Origin: Mytilus trossulus
Lineage: Eukaryota
NCBI RefSeq assembly: GCF_036588685.1
Contig: NC_086384.1
Span: 15,686,001-15,750,000, forward strand
Reading direction: 5' to 3'
DNA: 64,000 nt
The translations under genes and the position numbers were made by a program. The notes beneath the pieces were generated by a model. That model saw only the letters and a program-made list of their open reading frames with translations. It did not search any database and was not told the DNA's origin. The number at the start of each line of letters is the position of its first letter. The stretch's first letter is position 1. Shown in pieces: positions 24,045 through 36,291 of the stretch.

Positions 24045-25334
24045 CCTTTATACTGAAATCGAAAAAAAATAATTTAATTATGAAAAAAATATGTAACAAA
24101 AATTGTTAAAAAAAGTGTTTTGAATTTCCCTCTTGGGGTATCATTTTGGGAGATTTCCCTATGAACGTAGTCCAGGCGGTAAGACATTGACATTTTAAGG
24201 AATTAGAAAGGGAAAATGAACTTAATTAATAACATTTGATAAACATGGTATATAAAAAAAAAATTGTAGCATCAATATCTTGTTGTAGTTTATTACAGCT
24301 TTTTAGGTCTACCATGATTCTCTTTACATGATAAGGTTATCAACTAAAAGTCTGGAAATTTTGTTTCCAAAATATTTAAATGTGATATACAGGTCTTTTG
24401 GTAAAATATGTACTGGCAAAATTGTTAAGTGCAAACACTATTTTTCTGTTTCAAAATCTTGAAAGTTCTACTTTTTGACTTAGGGAACCAAATAAAAATA
24501 GTTGTTAAAAACTGTTATTATGGTGGCCACAAAACAATGTTAAAAGTTTCCACTACAAAATACTCCAGCCGAACTAAAATTGTAACTATTAATAGATTAA
24601 TTCTTTCATTTGTTCACCAATTCTATTACCTTTAGTGGTGTTAAAATCATTTGTTTGATATTTCAAGTATGCATTCCATATTAATTTCTCTAAAAACACA
24701 CTGTTAAGTACAGATGAACTATACAAAGGATGACGTAATGCTGTACAATATAATACATTTAAAATAAAAACAATTTGAGTAAAGAAAAATCGAATTTCTT
24801 AAACTGCTAGATTTGAAATTGTATAATATTATCTAACTGCTTTTGAACTTTGAATTGAAAATCGTTATAATACAAAGAAAATTCTGATGAAAGTTAATTG
24901 TCAGTATTTGATCATGATATAAACAGCCAAAACAAGCTGTCATCCATTGAATAATCACGTGATTGTCATGTTCTTACAAAAAGCAACTATATTTATACAA
25001 ATGGTCTTTTGTTGCATTTTCGTCATTCTAAATATTGAATTGTTTACATATACCAGTTGGAGTTCAACATCGAAATACGGACGACTGACCGACATTGATA
25101 TTGTTTTTGAACGGAAATTCGATTTAAAGGAAAAGGGTTCAACAAGTCTCAGTTTTGAGAGTTCTTATTCAACTTTGATAGAGACATCGGATTTTTTTTG
25201 TGTCCATCTTTTAAAAAAAATAATACATTGGAATACACTACCATTGTTATAATAATGAACATAAAAATTATATACATATAAACAATGTATAACTAATGTC
25301 CATGCAAAATCAATGATACATTTTATTTTTACAG

Positions 25335-25352
25335 GTGGCGTGTTAGCACAAG
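25335..25352 (+). CDS. gene 2 18-nt microexon completing the signal peptide (GGVLAQ)
   Basis: tttttacAG / GTAAGA, phase 1-1. Confidence 0.75.
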
Positions 25353-25879
25353 GTAAGAGAATAAAATTCCGAGAATAAAATAAAATTTGTAGCATTATAA
25401 CTGAGAAAAAAATATGACAAATTAAGAAGATTTATCATAAGTGGAGAAAAGAATCGAAGATCGAAACAAAAAGCAACCCATTCTTCAAAGGAAGGGGAAA
25501 GTGACATTCGGGTACTACAGATTTCTCAGCGGGAATCGACTCAAGCTTCTGTAACATTGTAGCATCTCCTACACCTCTATGTCCAGTGAACGATACATGT
25601 GGTACTCGGCTAAAAAAGCCAATATCAATTATGCAAAGATTTGCGTCGTCGGTTTTATCAAGGCCTGGATATTTTGATGGTATTACAGACAGTCGAATAC
25701 TGTTTTCTCTCTGTTTCCCTGATAGCGTTTTCTCGGTACAAATGTACTTTACAGACGAAATATTACATTTGTATATTGAATTAAAATCGAATATAATATG
25801 TAAATAGAAAATAAATGAAATAAAAGTAGATATTTTAGAGAAAGATCATTCATATTAATTTGATTTTTTTGATTGACAG

Positions 25880-26095
25880 ATTGCGTGGATAACGACTTGA
25901 TGGTGTTTGTTGATGACACGTGTTTGACCATGCACATGATTACCCCGTACACAAACACCTATGGTTCTAACGTCACGTATCGTTGCTCTTCTCGTCTGTA
26001 TTCACTTCAAACGGCAGAATTCGACTTTTGTCCAGTGGAACTTTGCACAACAACTAATGCTGGCAACTGGACAGACGCTCACCTTTCGTGTGCTC
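25880..26095 (+). CDS. gene 2 atypical 6-Cys CCP/sushi-like domain 1
   Basis: DCVDND...TYGSNVTYRC...FCPVELC...GNWTDAHLSCA; AG/GTAAGT. Confidence 0.85.
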
Positions 26096-26279
26096 GTAAG
26101 TACATGTTTCTCCATGTTTGCTTAAACTAATAAATTTACATATCAAAAAAGGAATTTTAGAATTAAGATAAATCTATGAAATGAATAAATAAATAAAAAG
26201 AACTGGTATATTGTTCATCTAATTTTGAATAGAATTAAGATTGATTACGAACAGAATCCATGCTTAAAATTACTTTCAG

Positions 26280-26537
26280 AGGATGAATGTTATACATCCG
26301 GGTCACCACATTTATACGCGGGAAAACGCAACTGTGGATTGTCTGGGATGACATGCCAAGCATGGAATCAGCAAACTCCACATGCGCATACATACATAAG
26401 CGCAGACTTTCCAGACGCCAGCCTCGATCTCGCCAAGAACTACTGTCGTGACCCAGGAGGCTCTGTTGGTGAACCATGGTGTTTTACCACCAATTCTAGT
26501 GTTGTCTGGGAAATCTGTGAAATACCAGAATGTTCAG
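26280..26537 (+). CDS. gene 2 kringle 1
   Basis: CY...YAG...SGMTCQAW...NYCRDP...PWCFT...WEICEIPEC. Confidence 0.93.
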
Positions 26538-27013
26538 GTATCTATTATCATCCTTTATTGTTCATCATCTGCTAATATTTGATTGAATCACAAATAAAAC
26601 AAAACATCTATTTTTCCACATTATTCTATATAAGATAAATGTTTTAACAATCGTAGGACTATTTCAAGGAACAACAAAAAAACCACCCAAAAAATGAAAA
26701 CGAAGATCTTCATTCAGCTCATACTTTCCTACTTTAGCATAAATATTATTGATTGCTTATTTCACAAAAGACGCATTTAGTTCTGTTAAACAAATTTTCC
26801 AATGTATTTTTTACTTGATTGTTTAAAGTGAGCAAGGAACACATTTTTTAAATCGACATTGCTATACGCACAGATATAAAAGCGACAACCAATCGCGTCT
26901 TCATTGTTGAAGATAAATGTATTACAACTATGTAGGCTAGGTTGTGGCTCTATTTAAACCAAAATCGTCTTTGTCATTGTTTTTGTTAATAAAAATTGTA
27001 TTAACTATTTCAG

Positions 27014-27040
27014 AGGTGCCAATAGACTACGGAGAATGTG
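27014..27040 (+). CDS. gene 2 27-nt Cys microexon (EVPIDYGEC)
   Basis: tttcAG / GTGAGT, phase 1-1. Confidence 0.8.
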
Positions 27041-27404
27041 GTGAGTAAATTTCTAAGATTAAGAAAAATAAAACATACTAGATATTAACATAAATACGGA
27101 AACGAGATATAATCTCCGCCAATAAGCATAATTATCATATTCCACACATAATATAACCAAAGTTTTAATTGATTTAATTTTATTTAAAGAATTAACCATT
27201 CAAAAGCAAACATCTTAAAAAAAGTACCCTGAGGAAATCAATACCAGTTTTGATTAAATTGTTTCAAACGTAAGTATATATTACGATAGTGGTACAGCGA
27301 ACCAGTCAAACAATCAAATAAAAGCAAATTAGAAGGAGAATATTATACACCCTTTAAGAAACGAAAAGTGCATATTTTATTTCAAATATTTTTTGCCTTC
27401 TTAG

Positions 27405-27614
27405 CTGATTGTGGCCCGGCAGACTTACAGGTACCATTTGATCATCCTTGTACAGAAATAGACACAATCATCACACCACCAACGACGTACGGAACAGTTG
27501 TAAACTACAAGTGTACAAACCTGTTATCTAAGGTTTCAGCAATCAACGGTTTCTGTCCAGTGGAGGTTTGTCAAGCCAATGGTGTGTGGACGAACGGATC
27601 CCGGTCATGTGGAG
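27405..27614 (+). CDS. gene 2 atypical 6-Cys CCP-like domain 2
   Basis: DCGPAD...TYGTVVNYKC...FCPVEVC...GVWTNGSRSCG; paralogous to 25880-26095. Confidence 0.85.
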
Positions 27615-29144
27615 GTATTTCATCTCAGAGTTTTTGTCTTTTAATGAAGTAGAAGCACAATATATTTTCAAAAAAGTGAACATTCATAAAAAGAACACTG
27701 CATTTCTAGAGACTGTGGAACATTTGATTAAACCATCTGTCAAGTAATAATAACGATTTTTAGTGCGTTTCCATAATAGTATCATGTACATGTATTTGTC
27801 ACAGTGATCTTGACATACACCAAATTATCGTGATGGCTATAACAATACAGTGACTTGGATACTCTTTTTATTAACTGTAAATATTGCTTTAGCATTTAAG
27901 CGTCTGCATTGAAAGGCAGCTATTCAGTTAATGAAATACTAAATCTCGATATATAAATAAGGCGTACATATATTTTCCCGCGCTCGTGCAATAATATTTT
28001 ATTCTATTTAAATCGTTCAGGTATTTATTGTACATATGAAATTGTGCATTGACGTATATTAGAAATGTCCACGGCCGACACTCGGCTAACCGAGAGATAG
28101 ATCGGTTAATCTATATTGAGTATGCGGCTATATCGGCGGTGGGTCTGTTAATCGGGTTGGTTATACGTCTGTTAAGAGTAAAACTCATAATTTAATGTTA
28201 AACTCTGTTAAATATACAGATTTGTTGGCACATTATGAGAATCACATAAAAAAAAGGAATGTGTCTGACAAAATGATATCTTTCATAGAACATTTTCCAC
28301 CATTAACAAAAAATCATAGCCTGCGCAATTTTAAGTAAAACGAAAAGGCGTCGCGCAAGCATGTGGTTTTTATGCTTGTACGCATATCAATATTTTAGAT
28401 AAAAGGCCAAAAACCATTTTTAGATATGATTTAAAGGACACAAAGTAGTACTTTGGTTCTAAAAAATCAATTGTCATTGATAAATATTTCAAAATTGTTA
28501 TATAAGTTGAGTTATACCACATTTTAATGAATATAAGAAGAATACAGTCTGTTCATGGGTTGGACAATTTAAATCGTGTCAGTTAAGAGTTATTTAGCCA
28601 CGACAATAGTCTTACTACCTTGAGTTTTTATTTTCACATTGGAAAAAATGAGATGTACTAATGACGAAAAATATACAATACGGTGCAACAGTATCCTTAT
28701 AAAAGAGCACTTTTATTTTAATTTTTTTTCTCTGCATTTCATTAAAAGGGTGTGTCACTTCAAATAAGCGTTATATAGACTGATTGGCCGCTCTAATTCG
28801 CATGAATTTATTATTTACGCCAAGTTATCAATCAGCCGTATGTTTTTGTCTGTTCAAAGTCTGTTACATCTATGAATCTTTCATGTGTTGCAATTCAGCT
28901 GGTTAAATTCCATGCGTTTTCTTTGGAATACTAAGGCTTTTCTACCTCAGGAATAGATTACCTTATGCCGGCGTCACACATTGGCGGATAGACCAGCGTG
29001 CACCAAACGTACAGAGAAAACGGACAGAGTCGGTATACGTTAGTTGCACGCCATAGGAACGATTAGCAATCGTTCAAAGCGCTTTGCATAAGTTTGAAGT
29101 ACGTCGAAATACAAAGGTAAAATTGAGAAAGGAAATGGGAATGT

Positions 29145-30105
29145 CTTCTCCAGGTTCCTCACCCGTTCATATTGACCCTAACGCTATTAATCATGCTTCA
29201 GTCCCTGCAGGCCTAAGCTCTCTGCAATACCAGCCAACGACTGAAACTACATCTGAAACATGCCAATTGCATGCACTTTAGCCCAGTCAGATATCATTCA
29301 AATAGCCTTGCAATTAAAAGAAATGATACATTGTGAGATCGACTACACTATCAAAGCCACAATAGACCAGTACAAATTTGAAATCGAGAGGCTTAATAAA
29401 GAAAACCAATCGATGCGTGATGATATGGATGTGTTTGAACAATACAGTCGACGGGACCTAATTCGTATCAATGGCATTTCAGACGGTGGAATAGATATAT
29501 CTTCCCTTCAAACAAACGAGTTAGTGAAAAAACTTATCCAAACCATCGATGAAGATGATCTAACACCCGAAGACATCATTCGATCTCATAGAATTGGTAA
29601 ACCACGCACAAGGGAAGGCAATGAAGAAGGTCGAGTTAGCAATAAGTTTCAGCCTCCTAGACAAATAATTGTCAAGATTAAGGATCATAATGTTAAAAAG
29701 AGGATCATTAGATGCAGAAAATTCCTAAAAGGGAAAACACAATACAAGTATGTCAGAATTAATGAGGACCTGACCAAGCCGAGGAACGCCATACAAAGCC
29801 AGACAGCTCAGTATTGAGCGTCATCTAAGAGACACGTGGACAGTTGATGGGAAAATTATGTAAAGGACAATCAAATGCAAGTCCATGTTGTCAACACAAT
29901 GCCAGCGTTCCTACGTTTTGTATCGATATACCGCTGTCCTGGTTCCATGGACTTCCTTGATAGGCTTGACTACAACAACAAACTAAACAGACGCGAGTAC
30001 ACACCACCACAACTTATAACATATGCGGAAGCACAAGCGAAGGAATTAGCCGAGAGAGCATCTTCAAATACATCAGCTGAAAACACGATTGTCAAAATGT
30101 CATGA
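29145..30105 (+). pseudogene. LINE ORF1 (L1-ORF1p-like coiled coil/RRM), frameshifted
   Basis: EQYSRRDLIRINGI, RSHRIGK, PRQIIVK, INEDLTK, TWTVDGK motifs across frames. Confidence 0.85.
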
Positions 30106-31088
30106 TTTAACTTTAAATAAAACTGCATATATATATATATATATTGACAATATGTTTATTTTTTTTTTGTATATATTTCTACATTTTTTTAGACTATAAT
30201 TGACGGTCTTGTTTCAGAATTTCGCAAAAACAACTGTATTCTGACTAAATATAGTGATGTCATATAGTCTGCAATTGACTTTTGCTTCTTTTTTTTCTGT
30301 TTGTTTCTCTTGTTTATGTATTTTTTTTATTTTACTACAATTATATGCTACACAATTCTTGTACATAATACATCTAATTTGAAATTCATCCGCATTCCTG
30401 TAAATTACACGGGAATACTTACCTTGATCGCTGATTTGTCACGTGACCAATTTTAACGTATTGATTTTCAAAACACAACCTCTCATAGTAAAATGAATTA
30501 CTCATGCGTGAAAATGGTAAAACTAACGGTTGTTTTACATGATGTTAAATTCCATGGTAAGGAAATTTTCATGGCTAACTTCAAACTAATAAAACTGCTT
30601 AAAAAAAAAGATCTTAATTTCAATTTGTAAATTTTATCTTATACACGCAAACCTTAAACAACATGTACAGTGAATTGTACTGCTTAAAACGTGTATGCTT
30701 ACTATAAATTGTAAATTGTATAGACAAACCTTGTCAATTCAGCGATAAAATCAATTAGGCAATCAAATTAAATCGAGATGATTTGACACGGCTGGTATTA
30801 ACAGTTGTACTGAATTACTACGTATAGATAAAGTTGTACCATTCACCAATCATTTATACATGTGTATATACTCATTCATCCAAACTACTTGTTAAATCAA
30901 TGTACATGTGCATAATTTTTCTTTTGCTTCAGGCATACAACACATTGTTATTCAATTTTTGTTCCAACATTTTTTTCATATTTTTTACTTACACTTTTTT
31001 CACAAAACAGATGAAATGCTATGGTTTATTAAAATTTGTATATGGCCGCTCTCAATTTGACCAGTTTCAGCCAGATGTAACATTACTC

Positions 31089-34000
31089 ATGGGCGTAGGA
31101 ATCGAGTTATATCGCATGAGAGTTGGCCAATACTCACCAGGCAAAAACATCAAACAAAGACTAAATTATATTGATTTTATCTGTATCAACTTATTTCTCG
31201 CTTGTAAAAGTGTCTCACAGGCACATTCTAATTTTCACGATGTCGCATCAATTAGGCATATGCCCAATACCTTCAGAGATGAAACATGTAGACTCAAATG
31301 TACAAAAAACAACAAGTGTAAATGTTAATCTTAGACTATTTATTATTTTATTTTTACTATTTGTTATTCAAATTTTGCTTGTCCTAGCAGGAATAGAGGT
31401 AAATCCAGGTCCAAGTGACGATATCGATTCTTCTCAAAGTTCCATTAACTCAATTGACATGTCGGATTTCGGTGAACTTTTTTCAAAATCAGTCTCAATT
31501 CTTCACTTAAATGTACAAAGCCTAGCCCCGAAAATAGATCTGAGTCAAGCCGAATATTCTGATTTCGACATTTTAGCGTTTAATGAAACATGGTTAAACA
31601 ATAATCATACCGACGAATCAATTGAAATCCTAAATTACCAGCACCCCTTCCGTCGTGACAGAGGTCCACACAAGGTTGGAGGGGGGATAATTGTTTATGT
31701 AAAAAATGATATACATGTTCAACGTCGAATTGATCTCGAAAGCGAAAGCTTGAAAGCAATATGTTAGAATTTAAATTTAAAGATAAAAAGGCTTTGCTCG
31801 GAACCTTTTATATACCTCCTAATAGTGGATCAGATATCTGGGAAAAAATTGAATATTCTCTTGATATGGCGTCTAATGATACTAATACTATTAATTACAT
31901 AATGGCCACAGGCGATTTTAACGATAACCAACTAGCTCCTGTTAATTAAAAAATTACACCTTTGTTAAGCCAATTTAGTCTTACTCAAATGATAGATTAA
32001 CCTACTCATTTTACTGAATCGTCGTCATCATTGTTAAATCTTTTTATACCAAACGATGCTCACATAATAAATTACAGTGGAGTCGGGCCACCATTATTAG
32101 ACCAAATACGTTTTCACTGTCCTATAATTAGTCTTTTGAACTTTCCAAAATGTCGTCAAACAACCTTTAAGCGTAAAATTTGGCTATATGATCGAGGAGA
32201 CTATGACAGATATCGTAACATTTTATCTGAAAAAAATTGGGATTCCGTAATTAACTTAAATAACGTTGAACAATTTACAACTGAAATAACAAAAACTATC
32301 ATAGAAGCTGCTGAAAAATGTATTCCAAATAAAATAGTAACTGTTCGTAAAAATGAACCTCCATGGTTAAATAATGATGTTAAAAAAAAGATAAGGAAAA
32401 AAAATAGAATCCACAGAAAGGCTGAAAAATATAATAACCCATCGGAGTGGTCATAATTTAAGAAAATACGAAATGAAGTTACTAGTTTAATAATAAAATC
32501 GAAGGATGATTATAACAACAATTTAATTAAAAAAATCATGAACAGTAACCCGTCCACTAATAACTGGTGGAAAACGGTTAAACAAATATCCGGATTAAAA
32601 ACGAAAGACGCAAGTATACCTCCTTTAATGGTTAATAACAACTTAATATTTGATGAAATCGAAAAGGCAAATGAATTTAATCGATTTTTTTCTTCCCGGT
32701 CAAATATTGATGATTCAAGTGCTGTGTTACCTGAAGAACATCATAACATTAGTTATATAGAACTAACTGTTACTGAAGTTGAAGATATATTGAAAATTGT
32801 TAATCCCACAAAAGCTTCTGGCCCTGACCTCATAAGTCCCAAATTGTTAAAAAAAGCATCTTCTGTTTTAAAGTATCCACTATGTAAACTATTTAACTTA
32901 TCGTTAAGTACGTCTACTTTTCCAGATCAATGGAAAAGAGCAAATGTTACCCCAGTTTATAAAAATAGTAAACCGAATGACGTTAAAAACTATAGACCTA
33001 TTTCCTTGTTGAGTGTAATATCAAAGTGTATGGAACGATTTGTATACAAACATGTTTACAATCACTTTATGCGCAATAATATTTTAACGAAAAACCAGTC
33101 GGGCTTTACACGGGGGGATTCAGCGGTTAATCAATTAATTAACATTTCGAATGATTTTGGGAAGGCTTTAGATAGCGGTAAAGAAATAAGGGTAGTATTC
33201 TGTGATATTAATAAAGCGTTTTATCGAGTCTTGCATAAGGGACTGCTATTTAAACTTCAACAAGCGGGCATATCGGGTTCTTTACTAAGGTGGTCTGAAA
33301 ATTATCTTACAAATAGAGTCCAGCGGTTGGTTATTAACGGTTCAAGTTCTGGATGGTTACCTGTAAATGCAGGCGTCCCACAAGGGTCCATTGTAGGCCC
33401 TCTCCTTTTTTTGATATTTATAAACGATATTGTAAAAGATATTCAAGCTCCAATTAAGCTATTCGCAGATAACACTTCATTATATATTATGGTTGACAAT
33501 CCAACAGAAACAGCTAAAATTTTAAATGATGATCTAGATAAGATTTATAATTGGTAAAAAAATTGGCTTGTGAATTTTAATGCCCAAAAAACTGAAAGTA
33601 TGATAATTTCAAAAATAAATAAATAGACCTTTTCATCCTCCATTAAATATGAACACCCAAGAGTTACAAACAATAAGTAAACACAAACATCTAGGTGTCC
33701 TCTTTTCTAATAACGGATCCTGGAAAGATCATATTGAATACATAGTTTCTAAATCTTACAAAAGAATAAATATAATGAGAAAAATGAAAAATGTCTTTGA
33801 TAGATTTTCACTTGAAAAAAATTATATATCATTTGTTCGCCCAATTCTTGAATATGCCGATGTCGTTTGGGACTCTCAAAATCAGAATTTGATTGCTAAA
33901 CTTGAAAGTTTTCAGCTGGACGCAGCGCGTATCGTCACGGGCTCCAATTAAGCTATTCGCAGATAACACTTCATTATATATTATGGTTGACAATCCAACA

Positions 34001-35121
34001 GAAACAGCTAAAATTTTAAATGATGATCTAGATAAGATTTATAATTGGTAAAAAAAATGGCTTGTGAATTTTAATGCCCAAAAAACTGAAAGTATGATAA
34101 TTTCAAAAATAAATAAATAGACCTTTTCATCCTCCATTAAATATGAACACCCAAGAGTTACAAACAATAAGTAAACACAAACATCTAGGTGTCCTCTTTT
34201 CTAATAACGGATCCTGGAAAGATCATATTGAATACATAGTTTCTAAATCTTACAAAAGAATAAATATAATGAGAAAAATGAAAAATGTCTTTGATAGATT
34301 TTCACTTGAAAAAAATTATATATCATTTGTTCGCCCAATTCTTGAATATGCCGATGTCGTTTGGGACTCTCAAAATCAGAATTTGATTGCTAAACTTGAA
34401 AGTTTTCAGCTGGACGCAGCGCGTATCGTCACGGGGGGTACTAAACTTACCAGTATAAACAATTTATATGTTGAAACGCGATGGGAAAAATCATCTGTAA
34501 GACGATGCAATCACAGACTAACCCAGTATCACAAAATTTTGAATAATAAAACTCCAGAGTATTTAAGAAACTTATTACCTAATTCAGTAGGCAGTACGTG
34601 GGCATGATCATAATACAAGACAGAGAAATAATATTTCACAAGTCAACACACGGACCCGTTTATATTCTGAATATTTCATCCCTGCAACAACAAAACTATG
34701 GAACACTCTTAACTTAAACATAAGAAAATGTGAATCTCTATCATTATTCAAAAAACAAATTAGTACCCAAAATAGTAAGATCCCAGCGTATTATTATATA
34801 GGACATCGTTTTGGTCAAATTCTTCATGCTCGCTTAAGAATGGATTCAAGTTCATTGAAATCTCACCTTTTCCTTCGTAACTTAGTAGACTCTCCAAATT
34901 TTCGTTGTGGTGATGTAGAAACAAATTCTCACTTCCTGTTATCTTGCCCTTTATATACTAATTTAAGACAAGAACTATTAGATTCTGTTTCAGTTCTTCC
35001 TGTCCAAGTTAACACAACAACTTTGCTTTTTGGATCAACGGTACTCTCAGATGAGCAAAATAGTCTTTTATTTAGTTTGGTGCAGAAATATATTATTAAA
35101 AGTAAACGTTTTAACCCTTGA
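31089..35121 (+). pseudogene. LINE ORF2 (AP endonuclease, reverse transcriptase, C-terminal Cys/His), disrupted
   Basis: HLNVQSL, NETWL, GDFN, YRPISLL, GVPQGS; catalytic FADD changed to FADN; multiple stops and frameshifts. Confidence 0.93.
33447..34434 (+). repeat. 494-bp tandem duplication inside LINE RT
   Basis: 33447-33940 repeated at 33941-34434; ORFs 33649 and 34143 are near-identical, differing only at the 3' end. Confidence 0.95.
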
Positions 35122-35879
35122 TGTTAATGCTTCATCACTCAATAGGAAATAGTCTTTTATTTAGTTTGGTGCAGAAATATATTATTAAAAGTAAACGTTT
35201 TAACCCTTGATGTTAATGCTTCATCACTCAATAGGAACCAAAGCATTTCACACTGTATACATTACAACAATTCATGTTTTTTTTTATTTTCTTAATTTTT
35301 TTTCTCATTATTTTTTTTTCTTCTTATTCTTCTTTCACCTTTTGCATATTCATATATTTATTACAGAGCATGCCAGTATTTATTTTATGTATTGTTCAAT
35401 AAGTGTATTATTTTTGTAAAGGAGACAGATTTGTAAAAGCATATTGCTTGTTTCTGAATCCTGAATATATTTGTATTATACATTGTTATATCGTATCATG
35501 ATGAATTTATCTGAATAAATATTGTTTAAACTAAATGGGAATGTGTCAAAGCGACAACAACCCGACCATAGAACAGGCAACAGACAAAGGCCACCAATGG
35601 GTCTTCAATGTAGAGAGAAACTCCCGCACCCGTAGGCGTCCTTCAGCTGGCCCCTTAAAAAATATGCATACTAGTACAGTGATAATGGACGTCATAATAA
35701 ACTCCGAATTAAACACAAGAAACTAAAATTAAAAATTATATCAGACTAACAAAGGCCAGAGGCTCCTGACTTGGGACAGGCGCAAAATTGCGGAGGGGAT
35801 AAACATGTTTATGAGATATCAACCCTCCCGGCCCTATACCTCTAGCCACTGAAGGAAAGTAAATATGCTTGATGAACGC

Positions 35880-36234
35880 TACAACCCGAGGAAATTTGTA
35901 TGCAGCATAAAAAAATACAACATACGCCAACATACGTTTCTTGAACGCCGGATAAACGCTTAGCCATAGGTACGCTTCTAGTAGGCTCATACACGCTTAA
36001 AGCATAATTATTGGCAGCGTAAATGATTTTTAACACGCCGGAGCTATATGCTGATGTGTGACGCCGGTATTAGTTGTATTTCCTCAATGCTTTTCAACTT
36101 TGTAAAAAACAAAGTTGAAAAGTATGAGCCTACTAGAAGCGTACCTATGGCTAAGCGTTTATCCGGCGTTCAAGAAACGTATGTTGGCGTATGTTGTATT
36201 TTTTTATGCTGCATACAAATTTCCTCGGGTTGTA
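35880..36234. repeat. 113-bp perfect inverted repeat
   Basis: 35880-35992 is the reverse complement of 36122-36234. Confidence 0.95.
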
Positions 36235-36245
36235 ACATTTTTTTC

Positions 36246-36291
36246 GAGCGTCACTGATGAGTTTTTCGTAGACGAAACGCGTGTCTGGCGT
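36246..36291 (+). ncRNA. type I hammerhead ribozyme (core intact), sense to gene 2 intron
   Basis: gagcgtca-CTGATGA-GTT tttcgta GAC-GAAA-CGCGTG-TC|tggcgt; predicted cut after 36285. Confidence 0.8.

Larger units (their letters stand above)
29145..35532 (+). mobile_element. near full-length inactive CR1/L2-group LINE
   Basis: 12-bp TSD aaatgggaatgt (29133-29144, 35533-35544); ORF1-like and APE-RT ORF2 remnants; 3' end aataaatattgtttaaact. Confidence 0.93.
28966..36069. mobile_element. PIF/Harbinger-type MITE (interrupted)
   Basis: TIR tgccggcgtcacacat / atgtgtgacgccggta; TTA TSD at 28963-28965 and 36070-36072. Confidence 0.8.
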
